A stretch of DNA of 64,000 nucleotides from an uncultured Trueperaceae bacterium (GCA_963815215.1 CAWFFU010000003.1:480001-544000), one strand, 5' to 3'. Shown: positions 22,601-30,881, numbered from the stretch's first letter. Notes: generated from the sequence alone by a model not told the origin. Made by a program: numbers and translations.

Positions 22601-23736
22601 CTGCGGGATCGTCGTCGCCCCCCGCCTCGTCGTCGGCATCGCCGTCCGCGACGGGAGCGGCCGCGACCGGCAACGCGTCGACGACCGCGCCGGCCAGCGG
22701 TTCACGGGCCGCGCTGCGGGCGGTGGTGTTCGACGGGCTCCACCTGCGCGCCCCCCAGCGCGTCCTCCTCGACGCCAGCTTCGGCAGCATGGAGGCCGCG
22801 CTCGACCTGACCCTGACGGGTACAGCTGCCGCTCCGGAGCTCTCCGGCACGGCCAGTGCCCTGCGCGGCTCGTTGCGCTTCGGCGGCCGGGACTTCACCA
22901 TCGACCACGCCCTGGCGACCTTCCAGCCCAACCGCGGCGTGTACCCGAGCCTGGACGTGCAGGCCCACAGCACGTTCGACAAACGCCGTGTGCTCTCGGG
23001 AACGACGGGCGTGAGCTTCGATAGCCCGCGCGACACCAACTCCTTCACGGTGACGCTGGCGTTCTCCGGCCAGGTGCAGCCCGCGCCGCAGGGACCCACC
23101 CCGGTGAAGTTCGACATCACCCCGACGCTCACGAGCGACGCCACGGTCCAGACCGGGACCGATGCCGCGACCTCGTCCCCACGGCCGCTGAACGACCAGG
23201 AACTGCTGTCACTCATCACCCTGGGCCGGCTCGAAGTGAAACCGCAGTTCGCCGGGCAGGCCGGCATCGGAACGGCGGTGGCCCAGAGCGCCATCGACAC
23301 CGCGGTCAACGTCCTGGTCGTGAACGAGCTGCAGAACGCGCTCAGCAAGGCACTGGGGCTGGACGTGGTGGAGATCCACACCACCCCGCTATCGAGCCTG
23401 CTCGACAACTCCGGGCAGCCGTTCGGGGTCTCGCTGCGCCTGGGCGGCTACCTCACGCCAGAGCTGTTCGCCAGCTACCGTTTCGGGAACGTCACCGGCA
23501 CCGGCGAGAGCTACGCCTTCACCAACGAGGTGACCCTGAGCTACGATCTGGGGCCGCTCAATTTCGATCTCTCGGGGCAGCTCAGCTTCCCGGACTCCAG
23601 CGCCACGGCCGGCCCGGTCCCGCAACTCGGCCTGGGGCTGCGTTACGCCTTCACCCCGGCCATCGGCCTGGAGGCGGGCGTCGATCTGTCGAACGTGCGC
23701 CAACAAGCCCGCTTCGGCGTCAGCTTCCGTTGGTGA
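13603..23736 (+). CDS. tamB: Giant TamB/AsmA-like (DUF490) envelope protein, 3377 aa
   Basis: N-terminal TM anchor (TPLGRAWLLG), long G/A/L-rich amphipathic beta repeats, DUF490-like C-terminus (NALSKALGLDVVEI...LGGYLTPELF) ending FGVSFRW. Confidence 0.85.
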   Translation: MRRRTLVTLLALVVLIALAAIAPQTPLGRAWLLGRARAALQSSGIVLDYHDATGNPWTGVHLDDASVRAPGLELRVSSLDVRYFLPSLLTGELPLSVTMDGVRGSVDVTALTRAGRSASSAGLPVTPVLQELTVSDASLTVQQVPYTLPSGAVSNIRIRQRGDTLELQAHLRTADGSADGRGVLDLAGGSFDGEVTRADVTLARHWFPGAAGGTVSGPLHVGSDGIHGDFTLRDGSLDAIGLKPTNIHGAVRLRYPLITAKLQGTVLGGAVQADGTVNIAARHWEAHGQGSPQLAAAAAWLGRGQLPAADQMPLTGSAATTLDVAGWTGVHVSGTAHGSGALAGLPLAGLASNFSYDSQRGVTVQATGVVAQGPTVVTVASGPAGTRIEANAKQMAPLPGQRVDAQFQVELTAKGAGGTLRLTDHASLPDRQAVVSLEAGLNRDGWQGVVQGSDGLGGRLEGALALAAGSLSGELRVHTLTLPGLTSPIDAGLRADGPLTALPLTLTLGVGAPVTVGLAGETLEADLSGHVNAVLEGARLRQIRAALGPLTASGELRLAPLSGTLGLELAPTAVRGPVTAQLSLAQGTIDIGPNGLQPHGTLDVGTVLAGPLTFRPGPLELTPGNGSGAGLVATSKNGHMTVEVGAGGAQATLAGMSFALAGLPVTADGSVRLPFGTAGNAGAATTRSAAPLAALRPDLTLHNGDAALTLRPNDGNLALELTAPAGGRLGPFSLTQPLHLSGEADLTAAHADLTGALGSVPLSAAADWPASGMRAEASAGSRPQRLDATLTAQGWSLTGSLPLAPVGAALTLPLAGTLRADLTAERNAAGVRYRGTADVHVTAPLAGEVSLAGRGDRLEATLRSGLAGTPLRAEGTLLPSLALVAHAGSLGPIDVRGGRLTGSGTLPARTLAAGVEMPALPWTVGGSLSPLAIDLVLGGGHVHLAGGRLAANLRLPLRYRGQPLLAELATAGSGPLDDVAGAPQVRLDGGLGALPLTARLLTRDGTSLLDVSGTPGALKLTGTVPAAVAAGPLPDALTPAGTIALTGEASLTGISSYRLDARWQAGASTVVAALSGGVTSYRLDAQGGGFTFQASPGRATLTADAADLRPLFVGLPLDAALNGTLHLEKGHWSGALHARATTPVLLSADLTGTGTGLEAAIHAAYGPVQADVSGAVLPAPRLQAVARAYGTALRLEATTQGSWTDLRVAGSLTTSAVAAAPWLVLPDRRVSLAWEPLTGSLSASGGGLTLSGSVTELRGSLTLPLRVAGIDETLAADFAGSALRPTLRGSITGAAVHGTFSAGVDSGLDTSLVVSAAGAQAALGPSARLVAGDSNVRAHAALDGSWNATLGSALTLGAATLPLHAALDGRRASYTGTLALRSPAPDASLVSASLRGTGASMSATADLSQVDFTRVGELLGVPLDVHASGELTVASQPLAATLRVRADGTVAGRKLTLEGHAGNAGGVDLTAAFGPLTFGLTQAGGSDGVGAPLSLRVLSADGASQLAGTLDLGASTVLAVTGTVGGSPATVHAAGDASAGSGTLRLALGAASLDADLRRTDGTSDLRLDVNAPAGSLRALGTSLAGTVAAELSLAQGAITVRKLQVASPTGPTAWGLSLSGPAYPNADLKGTLGAPAWKLTGDVAVAGPASRLGITLRTGSLEVDAAMQGPRLHRVRADGAARLALAAQWIDIRAKELAWGPDAGFTGSATIRAPALLVGLPGDLVADVTGDGPLSAGVTAGPADRPWLRASAQLAPDPFRDPTLQGTTAFDVPLMQLLGGVTTADLLLTGHPALSGTWRQPSLAGDLAVQGALQAQGPVRIGSEGGSLSLHGGGLSLDASYRGGAWSGTFSMQDVALAPFDARLDGAHLSLRADLAGGRGRNLQANVSSLQLTAPGASLTGSGTLGSGLRVALQVRADLSAMSLPGPKLQGLVHGPLVLAAPSLADVRQGTLVAVLDMARVGLAGTGGTVDGTLQVGGSPADPSLSATLQGAGEVHGQLRADARPARQRLDLHSTLSFRGVVTDLGLVLNNGRVEASGLARVGTAEADLSTDTQGRLQVTGAGSLLGWRATVAADLAQAQLEGPLTSLGVHAVGGVTLTFGSEPWLNGRIEGASFQGIDLGTLSVTSQRPGAPVVLDGPHLNGSLQPTTLAWKLHLDAQPLAAGVAAGGDASGTAATGDATVHLTGTVAGSPAAVSLRASNRGGVSLQGSGTILGGRLELAAALAGGKLWTGSLSLTGARVAGLGGSFDASLAGPANDPALDGRLTLQGVLQGSARLHASPGRATIEAALQGAALGSAVHVTGSLAPTLDLTLSTAGSSGPSQGSVRLFETGGAVHADGTLDLAAGPVVVGLAGSGPDTPVGVSLRVPALPGLAFHGELPAEAPLALADTLRTAGLALTGAGRTRGRLALEIAPAPRATLHDVRFDLGGTVLSASGTLTPAGTSLQGALALPDSFPVDHVGGAELPYRLTLEKGALTLSSDGALGTLNATIATTAGRGTVRADLHTIGEGGGVGAGTASIALSFDPSNGPSGTVSVKDVQVSRSGLPSLTLSADVRVAAGRLAGSADVKAPHGGVHVDGGWGLGGLLPSALAPNAPSGGSLQARVNTFQLASLPTVARLAPHVAGAVSGIVQLRNDTAVAQLVAPGFTVAGTALPLELQLSGPLTDLSAQLKLGTSVATATLRADRASGVLTLRRFPAQVLAEASAGATDIQAEVDGLLRFDIPFRDPASSYLRMATESIRLERAGVVTTGSLAFAYNDHAFTLEQAAFQGRGTWQAQGSVDANHLDLRLSANDADFGPLLGLVPMFARYGVGANGSFDLIAQGSPARPDINLTANRLDAQVAGTRYRVDHANVTLKGSALTAVATIVGIAPLGGSLDAHGSAQLTLAPLALRNTDFRFTGSARVPVFGTVTDVSGGITQPPGSAPQLAISGKLGNPFTIRGSLAPFDVTLRGQGLDLQASPLLVTSSVVDANVTMKATPTGLALGGELDAAEIRMDLAAGSSSPPASSSASPSATGAAATGNASTTAPASGSRAALRAVVFDGLHLRAPQRVLLDASFGSMEAALDLTLTGTAAAPELSGTASALRGSLRFGGRDFTIDHALATFQPNRGVYPSLDVQAHSTFDKRRVLSGTTGVSFDSPRDTNSFTVTLAFSGQVQPAPQGPTPVKFDITPTLTSDATVQTGTDAATSSPRPLNDQELLSLITLGRLEVKPQFAGQAGIGTAVAQSAIDTAVNVLVVNELQNALSKALGLDVVEIHTTPLSSLLDNSGQPFGVSLRLGGYLTPELFASYRFGNVTGTGESYAFTNEVTLSYDLGPLNFDLSGQLSFPDSSATAGPVPQLGLGLRYAFTPAIGLEAGVDLSNVRQQARFGVSFRW

Positions 23737-23791
23737 GCGGCCCAACGATGCCGGGCCCCGGGCGTGACGGGGCGCCCGGCGGGGCGCTCCC

Positions 23792-25441
23792 TCACCCCAC
23801 GCCGGACTCGTAGCGCGCCAGACGCGCGCTCCCCAGGAGCAGCGGCAACACCGTCCATAGCAGCGTTAGCACGCCCACGGCGCCGAGGACCGCCAGCCCC
23901 TCGACGGAGCTCCAGTGGAAGCTCCCTGGAGCCCGCAGCGTGCGGTAGGCCGGGTAGGCGAACAGCAGCGTGGCCAGGACGGCGTAGGCGAGCCCCAGCG
24001 CCATGTACAGCAGACCCCCGGTGGACAGCGGGACCTCGGCCGGGCTGGTTGCGTCGAAGCGCGGGAAGGCGGCTCCCAACCCCACCCCCAATCCGGTGGC
24101 GGCGACGCCGGCGCACACGCCGGCGATGGGGCTGGCGAGGGCGAGTACCGGTGACACCCCGAGGCGTCCGGCGACCGCCACCCCCAGGCCGCCGCCGAGG
24201 AGCACCATCACCGGCAGCGCCCCCCAGAACTTCGCCAGCACCACCTGTCGCGCGCGCAGCGGCGCGGTGCGCAGCAGCCAGAATCCCTCGCCCTCCAGCG
24301 ACACCAGCGGGAAGGCCGTGCGGATCCCTACGCCCGCCATCAGGAAGCCCAGGAACATCAGGTTCAGCGCGCCCACCAGATCGCGGAAGGTCTGCATCTG
24401 CGCCGCCAGGGACGCGGTGCTGATGAAGTAGACGCCGGCCAGCGCCGCCAGCACCAAGAGTTGCGACCACTGCGACGGATCGCGCGCCAGCAGCCGTAGG
24501 TCCTTCACGATCATCCCGCCGGCCGGCCCCAGCCGGGCGAGCGGCGCTTCCCAGCGCGCCGCGGGCAACGCTCCTACCACGCCGGGCTTGCCGGCCGCGT
24601 CGAGGGCACGGAACCAGCCGGCGCGGTAGGCCAGCGCTGCCACCCGCGCCACCCCGGCCAGGAGCGCCACCGACACCACGGCCAGCAGAAGCGCCGCCGG
24701 CGACACCTCCCCGCGCAAGGCACGCCACACCGCGGAGCTGCCCCACGCCGACGGCAGCCAGCCCACATGCCACGCGGCGAAGCGGGCGAGCGCCTGATCG
24801 AACTGCTCCGGGGTCAGGTTGCTCAGGCGCTCGGGACGGAGCGCACGCATCCCGAGCACCAGCGCGGCCGCCAAGGCGACGCTCGCCCCCGTGGCCACCT
24901 CCTTGGCGCGGCCCGCGGGCGCGACCCGCATCAGTACCAGCGCCGCCAGCGCTCCTACGGCCACCGGCAACGCGTACAGCGCCAAGAGCGCGGCCACAGC
25001 GATGAGGTAGTAGCCGGGCGGAGCGCCCCGCTCGATGCCCAGCCCTACCAGCACCGGCAACGTGAACAGGGCGGGGAGCAGGGCACTGTTGACGTAGGTC
25101 TCCACCACCTTCAGTCCGAACACCCGCGCCGCGCTCACCGGCAGGCTCAACAGGAACGGCAGATCGCTGGAGTCGTAGAGGGTGGCGATGGCCCCGGTCA
25201 GCACGCTGAACGCGACCGCCACCATGAGCACCGTGAACAGCGCCTCCAGGCTGCGCTGCTCCACCGCTCCCGAGATGCTGCCGATCCCCGGATAGTCCTC
25301 CAGGAAGCGGACGCCGCGGCGGGTCGCCGCCAGCACCCCGATGAAGATCCCGCTCAGCATCGCCACGCCGACGAGCGCCCGCAGCGGCGTCCGCCGTAGC
25401 GCGTTGAGCGCCCCCCGTAGGCGCATGGCCGGCAGGATCAT
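23792..25441 (-). CDS. Putative ABC exporter permease
   Basis: Multi-TM; DLPFLLSLPVS, KDLRLLARDPSQWSQ and SLEGEGFWLLRTAP motifs; ATGA overlap with the ATPase. Confidence 0.85.
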   Translation of the reverse strand: MILPAMRLRGALNALRRTPLRALVGVAMLSGIFIGVLAATRRGVRFLEDYPGIGSISGAVEQRSLEALFTVLMVAVAFSVLTGAIATLYDSSDLPFLLSLPVSAARVFGLKVVETYVNSALLPALFTLPVLVGLGIERGAPPGYYLIAVAALLALYALPVAVGALAALVLMRVAPAGRAKEVATGASVALAAALVLGMRALRPERLSNLTPEQFDQALARFAAWHVGWLPSAWGSSAVWRALRGEVSPAALLLAVVSVALLAGVARVAALAYRAGWFRALDAAGKPGVVGALPAARWEAPLARLGPAGGMIVKDLRLLARDPSQWSQLLVLAALAGVYFISTASLAAQMQTFRDLVGALNLMFLGFLMAGVGIRTAFPLVSLEGEGFWLLRTAPLRARQVVLAKFWGALPVMVLLGGGLGVAVAGRLGVSPVLALASPIAGVCAGVAATGLGVGLGAAFPRFDATSPAEVPLSTGGLLYMALGLAYAVLATLLFAYPAYRTLRAPGSFHWSSVEGLAVLGAVGVLTLLWTVLPLLLGSARLARYESGVG

Positions 25442-26175
25442 GCCGCGGCCCCGCGCGCCGCCTCCTCCGTGAGTTGCAGGAAGATGGCCTCGAGGGTAGC
25501 GTCGTCGACGCCCACCTTCTGGCGTAGCTCGGTCATGGTGCCCGACGCCACGATACGGCCGTGGTGCAATAGCAGCACCCGATCGGAGACCGCTTCCGCC
25601 ACCTCCATCGAGTGGGTGGTGAGCAGCACCGCGCCTCCAGTGTCCGCCCGCTGGCGCATGAGCCGGCGTACGTCGTGGGCCGCCCTCGGGTCGAGCCCGA
25701 CCATCGGCTCGTCGATCACCAGCGCCGGCGGGTCGTGAAGCAGCGCCGCGGCGAAGGTGAGCTTCTGACGCATCCCATGGGAGTACGTCTCGATCAGCTC
25801 GTTGGCCGAGCGCTGGAGGTCGAAGTGCTCCAACCACGCCTCGGCCTTCGCCTCACCCTCGGCGACGCCACGCAGGCGGGCCAGGAACCTCAGCAGCTCC
25901 CGGCCCGTCAACTTCTGATAGAGGTAGGGGCGATCGGGCACGTACCCGAGCAACGCCTTGGCCTCGAGCGGTTCCCGCTCGAGGCCGTGGCCACCGACCG
26001 ACACCGTCCCGCCGCTAGGCCGCAGCAGCCCGGTGACGGCCTTGATGGTGGTGGACTTGCCGGCGCCATTGGGCCCGAGCAAGGCCACCACCTCCCCCTT
26101 CTGCACGGCGAAACTCACCCCGTCGACCGCTCTCACGCGGCCGTAGCTCTTCACCAGCAGGCGGACGTCGATCAT
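25438..26175 (-). CDS. ABC transporter ATP-binding protein
   Basis: GPNGAGKST Walker A, YSHGMRQK signature, IDEPMVGLDP Walker B. Confidence 0.95.
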   Translation of the reverse strand: MIDVRLLVKSYGRVRAVDGVSFAVQKGEVVALLGPNGAGKSTTIKAVTGLLRPSGGTVSVGGHGLEREPLEAKALLGYVPDRPYLYQKLTGRELLRFLARLRGVAEGEAKAEAWLEHFDLQRSANELIETYSHGMRQKLTFAAALLHDPPALVIDEPMVGLDPRAAHDVRRLMRQRADTGGAVLLTTHSMEVAEAVSDRVLLLHHGRIVASGTMTELRQKVGVDDATLEAIFLQLTEEAARGAAA

Positions 26176-26194
26176 CGCTCGGACGGGTCCGCCG

Positions 26195-27556
26195 TCAGTG
26201 CGACGCCGTTGCGGTCGACGCCGCCGTCGCCTCCTTCAGCACCGTGTCGTACGCCACCTTGAGCGCGTGATCGGTCTTCAGGTCCACGATGGCCTGACCC
26301 TGCACCGCACTGAGCTGCGGTTTGGGACCGAGCGTGACGAACTGGAAGGTACCGTCCTGGTTGGCCTTGGTGCTTCCGATCGTCTTGCCGTCCACCACGA
26401 TCTGCACCTCCTGCCCGGGATCGGCGCCGCGGCCGTCCACCGAGATGGTGTTGGGGTAGCGGGTGTCCTTGGCCAGGATGTCCGGGGTGATGCCCTTCTT
26501 CTGGATGTTGGTGCGGTCGGGCGTGAGCCACTCGAACGACACGTAGCGTAGCTGGCCGCCGTCGGAGAGCGACACCACCGACTGCGCCACGCCCTTGCCG
26601 AAGGTCTGCTCGCCCACCACCTTGGCGCGTCCGTTGTCCTTCAGGGCCGCCGACACGATCTCGGACGCCGACGCCGAGTTGTGGTTCACCAGCACCACCA
26701 TCGGTCCGCTGAACACCTGTTGAGGATCGGCCGACGCCAGCCGTTGCGTCACCCCGCGAGCACGCTGGAACACGATATCTCCGTGGCTGAGGAAGTCGTC
26801 GGAGACATCGATGGCTTCGGTGAGCAGGCCGCCGGGGTTGTCCCGGAGGTCGAGGATGAGCGAGGTGGCGCCCTCCTTCTTGAGCTGGTCGAGCTGCTGC
26901 TTGAGCTGGTCGTTGAGCTTCTGGTTGTTGAACGAGCTCAGCGCTACGTATCCGACGTGGTCGGGCAGCATCGTCGACGACACATCGATGACCTTGATCG
27001 TGTCGCGCTGGACGGTCACCTCGACAGGCTGATCCTGGCCGGGACGCCGCATGGTCAGGTGGACGCTGGTGCCCTTCGGGCCGCGCACCAGGTCGGCGAC
27101 ACCGCTCGAGGTCTTGTCGCTGACGTCGGTGCCGTCGACCTTGAGGAAGATGTCGCCGCGCTGGAGCCCCGCCTTGTCCGCCGGGCCGCCCTTGTAGACG
27201 GTGAGGATCTCGACACCCTTGCCGGTCTGCCGGTTGTGGGGCGTGAGCACCGCACCGATCCCTTCGTACTGACCGGTCATCTGCTGGTTGTCGAAGGCGG
27301 CCGCCTTGGGCTCGATGTAACTGGTGAACGGATCGTTGAGGGAGCTCACCATGCCGTTGATGGCGCCGCGGATCAGGGTCTGATCGGTTACGTCGTGCAG
27401 GTAGCCGGTCTTCAGGGCCCCGAACGCCTGGACCAGCGCTCGACCGCTCGGGTTGTTCAGGAACTCGCCCGCGAAGTCCCGGGAGAGCTGTGCGTTCACG
27501 ACCGCCGTGGTCAACGCCAGCCCCACCAGGCCAAGGATCAGCCATCTACGCTTCAT
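26195..27556 (-). CDS. ctpA: S41 carboxy-terminal processing protease
   Basis: Signal peptide, PDZ domain, LDLRDNPGGLL, SASASE (Ser) and TFGKG (Lys); RBS GGAGG. Confidence 0.93.
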   Translation of the reverse strand: MKRRWLILGLVGLALTTAVVNAQLSRDFAGEFLNNPSGRALVQAFGALKTGYLHDVTDQTLIRGAINGMVSSLNDPFTSYIEPKAAAFDNQQMTGQYEGIGAVLTPHNRQTGKGVEILTVYKGGPADKAGLQRGDIFLKVDGTDVSDKTSSGVADLVRGPKGTSVHLTMRRPGQDQPVEVTVQRDTIKVIDVSSTMLPDHVGYVALSSFNNQKLNDQLKQQLDQLKKEGATSLILDLRDNPGGLLTEAIDVSDDFLSHGDIVFQRARGVTQRLASADPQQVFSGPMVVLVNHNSASASEIVSAALKDNGRAKVVGEQTFGKGVAQSVVSLSDGGQLRYVSFEWLTPDRTNIQKKGITPDILAKDTRYPNTISVDGRGADPGQEVQIVVDGKTIGSTKANQDGTFQFVTLGPKPQLSAVQGQAIVDLKTDHALKVAYDTVLKEATAASTATASH

Positions 27557-27698
27557 GAAGCCTCCAAGGGGGGATTGCACATGTCTCCCGAGTATATGCG
27601 GGCACTGCCATTAGAACCGTAAGGACCCGGACAGCGCTTTCGTGGGCCTGGAGGCGCCTCGAAAGGTGCGCCAGCAAGGTTGCGCTAGGATGGACGCC

Positions 27699-29099
27699 GT
27701 GCGCGTTCTGTTCGCCAGCAGCGAGGTCCATCCGTACAGCAAGACGGGCGGGCTCGCGGACGTGGCCGCGGCTCTCCCGCGCGCGCTGGCCACGCTGGGC
27801 CACGAGGTGCTGGTGGTGTCCCCCTGGTACGGGAGCCTGAGCGCCGACCCGCCACCGTTGTGGATCGGCGACGTGGAGGTGCCCTTCGCGGGCGGCTTCG
27901 AGCCCGTGGGCGTGGGGACGCTCGAGGCGATGGGCGTGCGCTACGCCTTCGTCGGACACCGCGACTTCCAGCGCGAGGACCTCTACGGTTACAGCGACGA
28001 CGTACGGCGCTTCGCGCGGTTCACGCGGGCCGTCCCTGCGGTCGCCGAGCGCCTCGGCTTCCGACCCGCCGTGGTCCACGCGAACGACTGGCACACCGCC
28101 TACCTGCCACTGGTGCTGGGCCATGGCTGGCATCTGCCGCAGGGGTTCCCGGGCCTGCCAACGGTGTTCACGGTCCACAACGTGCAGTACCAGGGCACCT
28201 CGGGGATCGAGGAGGTGCTGTGGTGGTTGCGCCTCCCGGGCGCGCTGGCCGACGACTACCTCAACCATTTCGGGACGGCCAACGCCATGCAGTCGGCTCT
28301 CGGCCACGCCGGGCGGGTCACCACGGTCAGCCCGACCTACGCCGACGAGATCCGGCGGCCGGAGTTCGGCTACGGGCTCGACGGCACGTTCCGTCACATC
28401 GGCGACCGTCTGGTGGGCATCCTGAACGGGCTGGACACCGACACCTGGGACCCGTCCCGCGATCCGCACCTGCCGCAGACCTACTCCGCGGCCGACCTGC
28501 GCGGCAAGATCCGATCCGGGCAGGAACTCCGCACACGCTTCGGCCTTGCCGGGGAGGCGCCGGTGCTGGGCGTGGTGTCGCGCCTCGCCGACCAGAAGGG
28601 CATCGACGTGCTGCTCGCGGCCGGCGACCGCCTGGTGACGCAGGGCTGGTCGCTGGCGCTGTTGGGATCGGGCGATCCGGCCCTGGAGCGCGCGGTGCGC
28701 GAGCTCGCCGCACGCCATGCGGGTCGCGTCAGCGCGGTCGTGGGTTTCGACGAAGCCGTGGCCCACCTGGTGTACGCCGGGAGCGACGCGCTGGCGGTCC
28801 CCAGCCGCTTCGAGCCGTGCGGGTTGAGCCAGATGATCGCCATGCGCTACGGCACGCTCCCCATCGCACGCGACACCGGCGGGCTTCACGACACCATCGA
28901 CGACGAGCGCACCGGCTTCCTGTTCCGGCGGGCCGACCCCGAGGGGTTGTTGGGAGCGACGGAGCGTGCCCTCGCGCCGTTCGGGACCGAGCGCTGGCGA
29001 GCGATGCTGCAGCGGGCGATGGCGCTCGACTTCAGCTGGGAACGTTCGGCGCGTCACTACGCCGAGCTGTACCGGGGCGTGGTAGCGTCGCCGCGATGA
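27699..29099 (+). CDS. glgA: Glycogen synthase
   Basis: KTGGLADV, HANDWH, PSRFEPCGLSQM; leaderless GTG seven nt after TAGGAT. Confidence 0.95.
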   Translation: MRVLFASSEVHPYSKTGGLADVAAALPRALATLGHEVLVVSPWYGSLSADPPPLWIGDVEVPFAGGFEPVGVGTLEAMGVRYAFVGHRDFQREDLYGYSDDVRRFARFTRAVPAVAERLGFRPAVVHANDWHTAYLPLVLGHGWHLPQGFPGLPTVFTVHNVQYQGTSGIEEVLWWLRLPGALADDYLNHFGTANAMQSALGHAGRVTTVSPTYADEIRRPEFGYGLDGTFRHIGDRLVGILNGLDTDTWDPSRDPHLPQTYSAADLRGKIRSGQELRTRFGLAGEAPVLGVVSRLADQKGIDVLLAAGDRLVTQGWSLALLGSGDPALERAVRELAARHAGRVSAVVGFDEAVAHLVYAGSDALAVPSRFEPCGLSQMIAMRYGTLPIARDTGGLHDTIDDERTGFLFRRADPEGLLGATERALAPFGTERWRAMLQRAMALDFSWERSARHYAELYRGVVASPR

Positions 29100-29899
29100 T
29101 GAGCGACCCTACCGCCGGCACCGCACCCCGTCCGGCGGCTCCGATCATGGACTGGCGTGAGGCTCTCTCCGAGGGCCGCTTCGGCACAGCGCAACGGGCC
29201 TTCACGATGGCGAACGAGAGCGCGCCCGACGTCCGCCACGCCCTCGCGGGCTTGGCGGACGTGGAAGCGATGCTCAAGGACAAGGCCTGGGGGCGGGCGC
29301 TCAAGCGCTTCGCCCAGATCGACGAGCGGCCTGCGATCGTGGCGTGGCACGAGATCGAGCTCGACCTGGCGTGCTTGAAGCGCTCGGGGGAGGCGCTCGA
29401 GCGGCGCCGTCCGGACGATGCGCTGGCCGAGCTCGACCAGCTGCGAAGCGGCCTGTTCGTAGCAGAGGCCGAGACCCAGCGCGGCACCGCGCTCATCTTC
29501 GACGACCGACTCGAGGACGCCGCCGCGGCCTTCCAACGGGCCATCGAGCGCGATCCGATGCACTTCCGCGCGCTGACCAACCTCGGCAACGTGGCGCTCG
29601 AGGAAGGCAGGGTCGACGACGCCATCGCTGCGTACGAACAGGCTCTGAAGCTCAACGACAACTTCGCCAACGCCCACCACAACCTGGCCGTGGCCTACCG
29701 CCGCAAGGGCAATCTGAACAAGAGCGTCAGCTCACTGCGGCGCGCCCAGCGCCTGATGCAGCGACGCGACACCAACGAGGCCCGCGATCGCCTCGGGTCG
29801 CTGGGGAGCGGGAAGAGCGCGCGCACGCTGCGTTGGGCGCTGTACGCGGTCGCGGCGGTCGCGCTCTATCTCGTGCTGCACAGCCGCGGAATGCTCTGA
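29096..29899 (+). CDS. TPR protein with C-terminal membrane anchor
   Basis: TPR repeats (ALTNLGNV...AIAAYEQAL; AHHNLAVAY) and C-terminal hydrophobic segment; ATGA overlap with glgA. Confidence 0.85.
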   Translation: MMSDPTAGTAPRPAAPIMDWREALSEGRFGTAQRAFTMANESAPDVRHALAGLADVEAMLKDKAWGRALKRFAQIDERPAIVAWHEIELDLACLKRSGEALERRRPDDALAELDQLRSGLFVAEAETQRGTALIFDDRLEDAAAAFQRAIERDPMHFRALTNLGNVALEEGRVDDAIAAYEQALKLNDNFANAHHNLAVAYRRKGNLNKSVSSLRRAQRLMQRRDTNEARDRLGSLGSGKSARTLRWALYAVAAVALYLVLHSRGML

Positions 29900-29924
29900 G
29901 CCACCGCTCGCCGCCGCACCGCCG

Positions 29925-30110
29925 TCAGTCGCCATCGAGGAGGGTCTGCAAGATGGCGTCGACGTCGCCATCGCTGAGGGGCACCAGCCTGTCGCGCTGG
30001 AGGTAGTCCTCCAACAGTCGCTCGATCCTCTCCAACAAGGCCGCGTCTTCGACGTAGGCGACCCGAGAGATGATCCGCTGTTGGCGCTCCATGAGCGCGG
30101 CGCCCTGCAC
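29925..30110 (-). CDS. Small acidic hypothetical protein (61 aa)
   Basis: Own -10 box TAAGAT and AGGAGG RBS before GTG 30110; helical acidic sequence. Confidence 0.7.
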   Translation of the reverse strand: MQGAALMERQQRIISRVAYVEDAALLERIERLLEDYLQRDRLVPLSDGDVDAILQTLLDGD

Positions 30111-30219
30111 AACCGTTCCTCCTAGCCCTCATCTTAGGGGCGTCCGGCGCCTTCCGAAAGGGCACATGTACGCCGGCCCGGATGCTCGTGGGCATCGGCC
30201 GGGACCCCGGGCCGAGGAC

Positions 30220-30881
30220 TCACCAGTCCGCAGGCCAGGTGAAGAACGACGCGAACGTGTAGTCGATGAGCGCCCGTCGATCGTCGGCCGCGAGGTTGCC
30301 GTAGCGCGCGCCAGCCAGCCGGTACATGAGTGCGTCGATATCGGCGACGTTGTGCGCGAGCACCCAGGACGCGCTCTTGAGGTCCTGCAGGTCGCCCCAG
30401 TGCAATAGCGCGATGCTCAAGGCGTCCGCGCGCAGCATCTTCTCGGCGTCGAACGCCATGCTCTCGCCACGCCGGATGCGCTCCCCATCGTCGGGCAGGG
30501 TCCACACATAGGCGGCCGCGTCCCACGCCCGGGCCGGGTCGCTGAGCGCCGCCGGATGCCCTGCGGTCCGGCCCAGGAGCAAGCTCGTCACCAAGCCCGG
30601 AGACATCGTCGAGCGCCATGTCGGCTCGGCGAACCTCGCGCGGTCGGCGTGACACGAAGCGCACGCCTCGGCATAGATCCTCTCCCCGGCCGGGATGCTC
30701 GGCTTGCGCGAGCCGGCGAGCGGGGCGGTGGCCCGCACGCTGCCGGCTTCCGGGGCCGCCGCGACGGCGGCGGCCCACAACGCCGAAGCCGGCAGCGCGA
30801 TCGCCGCCGCCACGGCCAGCGCCAGCGCGCGACGTCTAGCCACGCGTCCGCCCGCCCGCCCCCACCGCGCGCCGCCACGGC

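Noticed and set aside
27860..29095. N-terminal extension of the TPR ORF (similar extensions in the track for the fructosamine kinase, ABC permease, pheT, nusA and prmA)
   Set aside because: Off-frame overlap with real neighbouring genes; downstream starts have overlap or RBS support.
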